Assembly (NCBI RefSeq): GCF_014279995.1
Contig: NZ_CP047935.1
Coordinates: forward strand, 321,243 to 345,242
From: Synechococcus sp. BIOS-E4-1
GTDB taxonomy: Bacteria; Cyanobacteriota; Cyanobacteriia; PCC-6307; Cyanobiaceae
Length of the DNA: 24,000 nucleotides
Direction of reading: 5' to 3'
The translations under genes were made by a program, and so were the position numbers. Every line of letters starts with the position of its first letter. Positions within the stretch are counted from its first letter, which is position 1. Below are positions 9,084 to 16,260 of this stretch, one piece after another. Under the pieces are notes generated by a model that worked only from the letters and a program-made list of their open reading frames with translations, searched no databases and had not been told where the DNA came from.

Positions 9084-9130
9084 TCATTCGCAGACTCCTG
9101 CTCATCGGCATTGATGCGCTCCTACTGCCT

Positions 9131-10909
9131 TTGGCGGTATGGCTGAGTTTCTGGTTCCGTTTGGCGCATCCCCTTCATCCCAACTTCATCTCTGCTGGTA
9201 GTTGGATTTTGATCAGTAGCCTCTTCATTGGATTGCCTCTCTATGCATACACCGGGCAATACAAAGGCCTCACCCGCTACGTGGGCAGTGCTGCCTTCTA
9301 TCCCCTCGCCGGGCGCAACGGACTGCTCGTGCTCTTGTTGGCTGGCATCGGCGTGATGCTGCGGCTGCCGATGCCGCCCCGCAGCAGCTGGATCCTGTTG
9401 TGGTTGCTGCTGACAGGCTTCACAGGGGCGGTGCGCTTTGCCTTGCGAGATATGTTGCTCAATTTGCGTTCTACTCAGCACAAGCAGCAGTTGCGTGTCG
9501 CCATCTACGGCGCCGGTCAAGCCGGTGCCCAGTTGGCGGCCGCCTTGCGGCTTGCCGGCAACCACAGGATCGTCGCCTTCCTCGACGACAACCCGGCCTA
9601 TTGGAGTCGTTCGATCAACGGTGTTGCAATCCAACCGCCCCAGAAATTGATGGAAATGGAGGATTCCATTGATCAGGCGCTCCTGGCGATTCCTTCTCTT
9701 CCCCGTAGTGAACGGCGTCGCATTGTCGAGGGCCTTCAGAGTCTTGGCATCCCCGTATTGCAGGTGCCGTCGGTGGATGACCTCACCTCCGGTCGCGCCC
9801 GTATCGATGCTCTGCGTCCAATCGCGATTGAAGATCTGCTTGGTCGCGATGAGGTGCCAGCCGATCCACAGCTGCTTGGCCCAGGCATTCGTGATGCCGT
9901 GGTCTTCGTCACCGGTGCTGGCGGCTCGATTGGTTCGGAGCTCTGCCGCCAGATCCTGGGGTTGTTTCCAGCGCGGTTGATTCTTCTGGAAAGCAGCGAG
10001 CCGGCGCTCTATGCCATCGAGCAGGAACTCTGTTTGTCGTTGCCTGATGGAGTGGCGCTTCAAGCAGTTCTTGGCAGTGCCACTAACCCGCAGTTGTTGC
10101 AGCGCTTGTTTGATGAGCAGGCGGTGGAGCTTGTGTTCCATGCCGCTGCTTACAAGCATGTCCCCCTCGTGGAGGCCAATCCGTTGGCAGGCCTGGCCAA
10201 CAACGTGGGTTCTACGGATCAGGTGTGCCGCGCCGCAGTCGCCAGCGGGGTGAGGAAGGTAGTGCTGATCTCCACTGACAAAGCCGTGCGCCCCACCAAC
10301 GTGATGGGAGCATCCAAGCGTCTGGCCGAATTGGTGGTTCAAGCCCACTCTGCTGAGTCCACCAGCACCTGTTTGTCCATGGTGCGCTTTGGCAATGTGC
10401 TCGGCTCCTCAGGCTCGGTGGTGCCCTTGTTTCGCCGCCAGATCGCTGCCGGTGGTCCGATCACCCTCACCCATCCGGAGATCATCCGCTATTTCATGAC
10501 CATCCCTGAGGCGACCACGTTGGTGATTCAGGCCTCCGTGCTCGCCCAAGGTGGAGATGTGTTCCTCCTCGACATGGGCGAACCGGTACGGATCAAAGCC
10601 CTGGCTGAGCAAATGGTGCGGCTGAGTGGTTTATCCCTGCGTGATGCAGCCTATCCCGATGGTGACATAGAGATCGTTTGCACTGGTTTACGCCCTGGCG
10701 AGAAACTCTATGAGGAGCTGCTGATCGATGCTGAATCCCAGCCCACCGCCCATCCGTTGATCTACCGGGCAATGGAACGATCCTTACCTCCTCATGAACT
10801 CTGGCCCAAATTAGATGCTTTGAATAGAGCGTTTGCAGCGCAGGATGTGGAAGCAGCGCTCAAGGTTTCGGCGGAGCTGGTGCCTGAATGGCGAAGGGCC
10901 AAGCCTTGA
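9131..10909 (+). CDS. Membrane-anchored nucleotide-sugar 4,6-dehydratase/epimerase (Polysacc_synt_2 family; PglF/WbpM/CapD/WbtA-like); 5' end disrupted relative to ATG 9025
   Basis: 592-aa ORF from TTG 9131. It has N-terminal TM helices, two Rossmann motifs (VAIYGAGQAGAQLA and VFVTGAGGSIGSELCRQI), and the active-site region LISTDKAVRPTNVMGASKRLAE (the Thr-Asp-Lys arrangement of PglF-type enzymes). Conserved N-terminal sequence (LIRRLLLIGIDALLLP) is encoded in frame upstream of 9131 (9083-9130) but has no canonical start codon. See the C10 finding. Confidence 0.9.
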   Translation: MAVWLSFWFRLAHPLHPNFISAGSWILISSLFIGLPLYAYTGQYKGLTRYVGSAAFYPLAGRNGLLVLLLAGIGVMLRLPMPPRSSWILLWLLLTGFTGAVRFALRDMLLNLRSTQHKQQLRVAIYGAGQAGAQLAAALRLAGNHRIVAFLDDNPAYWSRSINGVAIQPPQKLMEMEDSIDQALLAIPSLPRSERRRIVEGLQSLGIPVLQVPSVDDLTSGRARIDALRPIAIEDLLGRDEVPADPQLLGPGIRDAVVFVTGAGGSIGSELCRQILGLFPARLILLESSEPALYAIEQELCLSLPDGVALQAVLGSATNPQLLQRLFDEQAVELVFHAAAYKHVPLVEANPLAGLANNVGSTDQVCRAAVASGVRKVVLISTDKAVRPTNVMGASKRLAELVVQAHSAESTSTCLSMVRFGNVLGSSGSVVPLFRRQIAAGGPITLTHPEIIRYFMTIPEATTLVIQASVLAQGGDVFLLDMGEPVRIKALAEQMVRLSGLSLRDAAYPDGDIEIVCTGLRPGEKLYEELLIDAESQPTAHPLIYRAMERSLPPHELWPKLDALNRAFAAQDVEAALKVSAELVPEWRRAKP

Positions 10910-11176
10910 CAAGAGCTGTGCCTATCTACCCCTCATTGAGCAAGTGTTGAGTGCTCCGAGACCTCTGTCGCTCCGTATGCTCATGTAGTAATCCCTGTCA
11001 TGCAAGCCGAAGCTGGGGAATTGCGTCTTCAGCCTTTTTCGATGAAAAATGAGCGAGCTTGTCGTCTAGCGTCCCGACGAAGTGGTGCCTCTTCTGCAGA
11101 CCACCGCTAAGGGACGTTTCGCCTCTAGGAATCAGCGATAACCTTCCAGCGTTTGACGGCTTAGCCCCATCTTTTA

Positions 11177-12619
11177 ATGCCAGTTGCTTCAATTCGCTCT
11201 ATTTGTTGCATCGGTGCTGGTTACGTTGGCGGACCGACCATGGCAGTCATTGCCGACCGCTGCCCTGAAGTACAGGTCACAGTCGTAGATATCAACCAAA
11301 CCCGCATCGATGCCTGGAATAACAGTGATCTGAACATGCTGCCGGTGTACGAGCCAGGCTTGGATGCCGTTGTTGGGCGTGCGCGAGGCCGAAACCTGCA
11401 TTTCTCAACGGCTGTGGACGAGGCGATCGGCGCAGCAGATATGGTTTTTATTTCCGTCAACACTCCCACCAAAACCAAGGGTTTGGGAGCTGGTCAGGCC
11501 AGTGATCTGCGTTGGGTGGAAGCCTGCGCCCGTCAGGTTGCTAAGTCGGCAGTGGGTCACACGATTGTGGTGGAGAAAAGCACCCTGCCGGTGCGTACCG
11601 CAGAAGCGGTCAAGGCCATTCTCTCTGCTGCGCAGCAATCCTCCGCGGGTACCGAATGCAGTTTCGCGGTGCTGTCCAACCCTGAATTTCTCGCCGAAGG
11701 CACCGCGATCCCTGATCTTGAGTCGCCGGACCGGGTGCTGATCGGCGGCGAAAGCCCTGAGGCCATTGACGCTCTGGCATCGGTGTATGCACAGTGGGTG
11801 CCGCAGGAGCGCATTCTGCGCACCAACCTTTGGAGCAGCGAACTCTCCAAGCTCACCGCGAATGCCTTTTTGGCTCAACGGATTAGCTCGATCAACTCTG
11901 TTGCAGCTCTCTGTGAAGCCACTGGTGCTGATGTGCGCGAGGTGGCCCGCGCGGTTGGCAGCGACAGCCGAATTGGTTCCAAATTTTTGCATGCTGGGCC
12001 GGGCTTTGGTGGCAGTTGCTTCCAGAAAGACATCCTCAACCTGGTTTATCTCTGCAGGCATTTCGGGCTCCCTGATGTAGCCAACTACTGGGAGTCAGTG
12101 GTGCAGCTGAATAGCTGGCAACAGCACCGCATTGCTCGCTTGGTGGTGCAGAAACTGTTCGGTACCGTCACCGGCAAACGCCTGGCCATCCTTGGTTTTG
12201 CCTTCAAGGCCGACACCAACGACACCCGCGAAGCTCCGGCGATCCGCATTGCTAAGGATTTATTGGAAGAGGGCGCTCAGCTCGCAATCCATGATCCCAA
12301 GGTTGATTCGGATCAAATTGCTCGTGATCTGAATTTGGCAGCCAGCACTGCACCGGATGCTGAGTCGGGCCCTACGCGTGCCGCACTCAGCGGTGAGGGC
12401 ACTTGGTGGCCCAGTAACGAAATTGACTCGGCCTTGAAGGGAGCTGATGCTGTGCTCATCCTCACGGAGTGGAGCCAGTACAGAGAACTCGATTGGGCAG
12501 TACTGGCTCCATTGATGCGTCATCCCGCCTGGGTGTTTGATGCCCGCTCGATGGTCACACCGGCAGAGGTTCAGGCCGCCGGTCTTTATCTCTGGCGTGT
12601 GGGTGAGGGTCAGTCATGA
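11177..12619 (+). CDS. ugd: UDP-glucose 6-dehydrogenase
   Basis: 480-aa ORF starting at ATG 11177. It has the N-terminal NAD fold [18 protein letters not shown] and the catalytic Cys motif [12 protein letters not shown]. The C-terminal UDP-binding domain includes [17 protein letters not shown]. This is the long (~480 aa) UGDH class. Confidence 0.92.
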   Translation: MPVASIRSICCIGAGYVGGPTMAVIADRCPEVQVTVVDINQTRIDAWNNSDLNMLPVYEPGLDAVVGRARGRNLHFSTAVDEAIGAADMVFISVNTPTKTKGLGAGQASDLRWVEACARQVAKSAVGHTIVVEKSTLPVRTAEAVKAILSAAQQSSAGTECSFAVLSNPEFLAEGTAIPDLESPDRVLIGGESPEAIDALASVYAQWVPQERILRTNLWSSELSKLTANAFLAQRISSINSVAALCEATGADVREVARAVGSDSRIGSKFLHAGPGFGGSCFQKDILNLVYLCRHFGLPDVANYWESVVQLNSWQQHRIARLVVQKLFGTVTGKRLAILGFAFKADTNDTREAPAIRIAKDLLEEGAQLAIHDPKVDSDQIARDLNLAASTAPDAESGPTRAALSGEGTWWPSNEIDSALKGADAVLILTEWSQYRELDWAVLAPLMRHPAWVFDARSMVTPAEVQAAGLYLWRVGEGQS

Positions 12620-13390
12620 AACGCCCTGTTTTGGTTACGGGTGCTGCTGGTTTCATCGGTGCTGACCTCTGTCTGCGTTTATCGGAACGCGGCGAACTAG
12701 TCGTCGGTATCGACAATCTCAACAGTTACTACGATCCCCAACTCAAGCCGCACGCCTCGCTCGCATGGATTCAGTAGCTCCAACTGATTCCTGCCGTTCT
12801 ATGAGCAGCAGCCTGTGAACCACCCTGTAAGCCTGTATGCCGCAAGCAAGAAAGCCAATGAGCTAATGGCTCATACTTACAGCCATTTGTATGGCCTGCC
12901 TGCAACTGGACTGCGTTTTTTCACCGTGTATGGCACCTGGGGGCGGCCGGATATGGCGCCGATGCTCTTCGCCAAGGCGATCCTCGCGGGCGATCCGATC
13001 AAGGTGTTTAACCACGGAAAGATGCAGCGTGATTTCACTTATATCGACGACATCGTTGAAGGGGTGCTGCGCTGCTGCGATAAACCTGCGACGGCTAATA
13101 CAGAATTTGATCCTCTGCAGCCCGATCCAGCTACTGCCGCAGCTCCTCACCGGGTGTTCAACAATGGCAACAGCCAGCCCACTGAACTTCTGCGCTTCAT
13201 TGAAGTGATGGAACAGGCGTTAGGGAAAGCAGCGATCAAGGATTTTCAGCCGATGCAGCCTGGTGATGTGGTGGCCACTGCTGCAGACACTCAGGCCTTG
13301 GAGGATTGGGTTGGGTTCCGCCCCAGCACGTCGATCGAGTTTGGAGTGGGTTGTTTTGCCAGTTGGTATCGCAATTTTTACGGCGTCTGA
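12616..13390 (+). pseudogene. UDP-glucuronate 4-epimerase-type NAD-dependent epimerase (SDR), decayed by internal deletion plus frame disruption
   Basis: ATG 12616 is ATGA-coupled to the ugd stop. It opens [44 protein letters not shown] and hits TAG at 12775-12777. A different frame resumes at about 12790 with FLPFYEQQPVNHPVSLYAASKKANELMAHTYSHLYGLPATGLRFFTVYGTWGRPDMAP, containing the YxxxK catalytic motif, and runs to 13390. The Tyr lies only ~73 codons from the ATG, against ~150-170 in intact homologues as I recall them, so roughly 270 bp are missing. Confidence 0.75.
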
Positions 13391-13420
13391 GTGTTATTGC
13401 CACTGGGCTGAACCTTTCCT

Positions 13421-14188
13421 ATGGCCTACTGGCTTAGCAAAATCCTGCCCCTGGCTCTGTTGCCTCTTGGCCTCAGTCTGATCCTGCTGCTGGTCGGCTT
13501 GATCGGTCGCTTGCGCTGGCCGGTGATCACTGCAGCGGTGCTGCTTTGGCTGTTTTCTCTGGGATTGGTGAGCCAGATCCTTTGGCGCTGGTTGGAGTCA
13601 CCTTGGCAGCGCCAATCCGCAGCCAAAGCGGCGTCGGCTGATGCGATCGTTGTGCTCAGTGGCGGACGTCACCCCGTGCCAGGAGCAGCGCGCGTTAGCG
13701 AGTGGCATGACCCTGATCGCTTCTTCGCTGGGCTTGAGCTTTATCGCTATGGCAAAGCACCTCTCTTGTTATTTACCGGGGGTGTCAGTCCTTTTCGACC
13801 CGGTGAACAACCGGAAGGGCAGCGTTATTTGGTGGAAGCTCAACAGCTCGGCATCCCTGCTTCGGCGATGGAGACCACGCTGCCGGTGGTCAATACTGCG
13901 CAAGAAGCCAATGCAATTTACAAGCTGTTGCAGGGTTCTGATCGCTTGGACAGCAGCCCAAGCATTCTTCTAGTTACCAGTGCATTTCATATGCGCCGAG
14001 CCCAACGCTTGTTTGAACGTCAGGGTTTGAGGGTGGTGCCATTCCCGGTGGATTTCCAGGCCCGTGGCAATTGGGCAGGGCCTCTTTGGCGCGATCCCAT
14101 TCAGTGGATTCCGACCGCTGGTGCTCTTGATGGCAGTTCCCGCGCTTTACGTGAATTGCTTGGGCGACTGGTTTATCGGACTTGGTAG
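13421..14188 (+). CDS. DUF218 / YdcF-ElyC-family protein with N-terminal membrane anchor
   Basis: 255-aa ORF. N-terminal TM segments (ILPLALLPLGLSLILLLVGLIG, VITAAVLLWLFSLGLV) are followed by DUF218-like motifs: DAIVVLSGG, LLLFTGG, and LLVTSAFHMRRAQRLFERQGLRVVPFPVD. Confidence 0.8.
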   Translation: MAYWLSKILPLALLPLGLSLILLLVGLIGRLRWPVITAAVLLWLFSLGLVSQILWRWLESPWQRQSAAKAASADAIVVLSGGRHPVPGAARVSEWHDPDRFFAGLELYRYGKAPLLLFTGGVSPFRPGEQPEGQRYLVEAQQLGIPASAMETTLPVVNTAQEANAIYKLLQGSDRLDSSPSILLVTSAFHMRRAQRLFERQGLRVVPFPVDFQARGNWAGPLWRDPIQWIPTAGALDGSSRALRELLGRLVYRTW

Positions 14189-14256
14189 GTGTTCCAATAT
14201 TTTTTGATCAAGTAATTTAATTTCTTATGACGTTGATTGATCGCAAATAAGCCCAT

Positions 14257-14279
14257 AAAAAAACCAGGATTAGACCCGG
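14257..14279 (-). terminator. Possible intrinsic terminator of psbEFLJ
   Basis: On the minus strand, ~30 nt after the psbJ stop, the sequence reads CCGGG-tctaat-CCTGG followed by T7. This is a 5-bp stem including one G-U pair. It lies in the AT-rich convergent gap between the DUF218 gene and psbJ. The stem is weak, so confidence is low. Confidence 0.3.
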
Positions 14280-14311
14280 AATTTTTGTTTCGAATGAAAG
14301 TGTCAAAAAAG

Positions 14312-14515
14312 TCAGGCCGAACCAACTCCCGTGTAAGACCCGTAAAAGAACAGTCCAACAACAAAAATGGCAGCCATGCCACCAGCTGTTGCCACCAGCC
14401 AGAGGGGAAGAGCTCCTTCAGTCCAGCGTGAGCGCCATTTGACAGCTGGAGAACCATCAGGAAGACGGTCAGGAATACGTCCGTCTGGCAAATTGCCTGC
14501 ATTCTTAGGCTTCAT
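14312..14515 (-). CDS. psbJ: Photosystem II protein PsbJ (long N-terminal form)
   Basis: 67 aa. The C-terminal region [32 protein letters not shown] is the PsbJ TM helix. It is the last gene of the psbE-F-L-J order. Confidence 0.9.
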   Translation of the reverse strand: MKPKNAGNLPDGRIPDRLPDGSPAVKWRSRWTEGALPLWLVATAGGMAAIFVVGLFFYGSYTGVGSA

Positions 14516-14526
14516 GATTTAAAACC

Positions 14527-14646
14527 TCAGTTGAAGAAGTAGCTGGAGAACAAAATGCCGGTGACGAACACGAACAGCAATCCGAGATAGAGGCTGGTTC
14601 TGTTGAGTTCAACAGGCAAGGTGTTGGGATTTTTGTTGCGCTCCAT
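14527..14646 (-). CDS. psbL: Photosystem II protein PsbL
   Basis: Absent from the ORF track because it is under 60 aa. Hand translation of the minus strand gives [39 protein letters not shown] followed by a stop (39 aa), the canonical PsbL sequence. Confidence 0.93.
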   Translation of the reverse strand: MERNKNPNTLPVELNRTSLYLGLLFVFVTGILFSSYFFN

Positions 14647-14666
14647 GATGAGTCAGATCTGTTGAA

Positions 14667-14804
14667 TCAACGACGGATGAACTGCATGGCTGCCAGAGCA
14701 CCCAAGAAAAAGACGGTTGGGACGCCCAGGGTATGGAGCGCAAGCCAACGGACCGTGAAGATCGGATAAACGCGAGGCTTAGAGGTGGTTGGAGACTGGG
14801 TCAT
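14667..14804 (-). CDS. psbF: Cytochrome b559 beta subunit
   Basis: Absent from the ORF track. Hand translation gives [45 protein letters not shown] followed by a stop (45 aa), with the haem-ligand His in the RWLALHTL context. It starts 9 nt after the psbE stop. Confidence 0.95.
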   Translation of the reverse strand: MTQSPTTSKPRVYPIFTVRWLALHTLGVPTVFFLGALAAMQFIRR

Positions 14805-14813
14805 GGATGGGAA

Positions 14814-15065
14814 TTACTTGTTCAGGCGGACATCGAGGTCGGATTTGCCTTCGAATCGCTGGCTGAGAACGGGTGCTTTGCCTTCATTGACCTGGAAATA
14901 TGCATCCGGTCGGGGAGTTCCAAAGGCGTCGTAGGCAAGACCTGTCGACACAAACAGGAAGCCTGCAAGGAAAATGGAAGGCAGCGTGATGGCGTGGATC
15001 ACCCAGTAACGGATGCTGGTGATGATCTCGAAAAACGGGCGTTCACCCGTAGAGCCTCCAGCCAT
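14814..15065 (-). CDS. psbE: Cytochrome b559 alpha subunit
   Basis: 83 aa: [53 protein letters not shown]..., the canonical PsbE sequence with the haem-ligand His (RYWVIH). Confidence 0.95.
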   Translation of the reverse strand: MAGGSTGERPFFEIITSIRYWVIHAITLPSIFLAGFLFVSTGLAYDAFGTPRPDAYFQVNEGKAPVLSQRFEGKSDLDVRLNK

Positions 15066-15171
15066 AAAAAAGATCCTCTGTCTTGCGAGATCCTAAGTGC
15101 ATAGGGCTCATCTCCGCGCATGACCCTTCTGGTTGGTTACGAAGAGTTGTTGGTCGAAGGGGGGAAACGAT

Positions 15172-16182
15172 TCAAGTCAGCGCGGACCAACGCAGCATCA
15201 GACCCCTTTCACCCAGCAGGAATACATGCTGTTGGCGATCAGTGTCGTCGAAGACAAAGCGCGTGAAATTGGTTGGAGCCTGCACGCTTTCAGGATCGCG
15301 CTCCCAACTGTTGCCTTCGTCTCGGCTGACGAGAAGGGTGCCGTTGCCACCGCTGGCCCAGATCGCGCCGTCATCAGACCAGGCCATGTCCAGGTACCCA
15401 TAGCCATTAGTGATGGGGATGATTGGCTTGCTCCAGTTTTCTTTGTCAGAGGCGTCTTCGTTGAAGCGAATCTGAGCACCGCGAGCCACCATCCAGAGCC
15501 GGCCATCGGGCTGGTAGCCGATGCTCTGAAGACGTTGGCTGCTGACCCGTTGGTGAACCTGCCAGACCGGTTGTCCGGGATCCCAGGTGGCATAGAAGTT
15601 GCCAAGGCTGCTCACGCTCACGTAGGCACCATCAGGGCTTCGGCGCAGGTCACGTGTTGCACCTGCCGCATCGCTCACCTCAGCGTCCCAGCTGCCACCA
15701 CCGTCGCTGGTTCGGTAGACAGCCCCCACGTTGGTGGCCAGTTCGGCGCTGTTGGGGCCAAGGGCAGTGATCAGATAAGGCTCTCCTGGCAGCTTGGTGT
15801 CCAGGAACAGTCGCGTCCAGTTCTGTCCAGCGTCGGTGGTGTGCATCAGCAGGCCGGGCTGACCGGCGATCCAGCCGTCATCACCATCAAAAGCGATGCT
15901 GATCAGGCGGAAATTCTCTTCCTCCGGCAGATCCAGACTGCGTTCGTTCCAGCTCGCGCCACCATCGTTGCTCTCCAGAATCAGGCGATTGCTGCCCACC
16001 AGGAAGCCATGGTCGGCGCTGGTGAAAGCAATGTCCAGCGGATTGGCCTGGGTGTTGAGATCAATCACCTGCCAGGGGCTGGCGGTCGCTGTTGGAACTT
16101 TGGTGGTCACACAACCACCAAGACCGAAGCCGATGCAGACCACAAGTGCTAACTGGGCCAGGGATTTGATCAGGGAATTCAT
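15172..16182 (-). CDS. ycf48: Photosystem II assembly/stability factor Ycf48 (HCF136), lipoprotein
   Basis: The ORF track gives 15172-16215. The likely start is ATG 16182 (MNSLIKSLAQLALVVCIGFGLGGC), a signal peptide with an LGGC lipobox. Beta-propeller repeats of the type SxDGGxSW / TxDxGxxW recur (SNDGGASWNE, TTDAGQNWTR, TSDGGGSWDA, SRDEGNSWER). It has conserved synteny with rubA and psbEFLJ. Confidence 0.9.
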   Translation of the reverse strand: MNSLIKSLAQLALVVCIGFGLGGCVTTKVPTATASPWQVIDLNTQANPLDIAFTSADHGFLVGSNRLILESNDGGASWNERSLDLPEEENFRLISIAFDGDDGWIAGQPGLLMHTTDAGQNWTRLFLDTKLPGEPYLITALGPNSAELATNVGAVYRTSDGGGSWDAEVSDAAGATRDLRRSPDGAYVSVSSLGNFYATWDPGQPVWQVHQRVSSQRLQSIGYQPDGRLWMVARGAQIRFNEDASDKENWSKPIIPITNGYGYLDMAWSDDGAIWASGGNGTLLVSRDEGNSWERDPESVQAPTNFTRFVFDDTDRQQHVFLLGERGLMLRWSALT

Positions 16183-16260
16183 GCCGGATTGAGAATGAAG
16201 GCAGGCTTGGAGCAATGCGGGTGATTCAGCGCGAAACCATCTGCGCAGATGAATCAGCGC

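Noticed and set aside
9122-10348. 408-aa ORF on the minus strand, the longest unexplained ORF in the track
   Set aside because: It lies entirely antisense to the well-supported dehydratase gene. Its sequence is Arg/Gly/Gln/His-rich low complexity with no motif. Long antisense ORFs are expected in ~58% GC coding DNA because stop codons are AT-rich.
11405-12061. 218-aa minus-strand ORF and several 60-125-aa ORFs overlapping ugd
   Set aside because: They are antisense to, or out of frame with, a UDP-glucose dehydrogenase that has intact catalytic motifs, and they have no recognisable features of their own.
14173-14502. 109-aa minus-strand ORF spanning the psbJ region
   Set aside because: It overlaps psbJ in another frame and extends into the AT-rich terminator gap. 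psbJ is the conserved reading frame.
14312-14515. PsbJ of 67 aa rather than the ~40 aa of model cyanobacteria and plastids
   Set aside because: As far as I recall, a long N-terminal PsbJ ([10 protein letters not shown]...) is typical of marine Synechococcus and Prochlorococcus. It is therefore a lineage marker rather than a novelty.
15133-16152. 339-aa plus-strand ORF
   Set aside because: It mirrors ycf48 on the opposite strand. ycf48 has clear beta-propeller repeats, a lipoprotein signal and conserved synteny, whereas the plus-strand product has none. It is a GC-driven shadow ORF.
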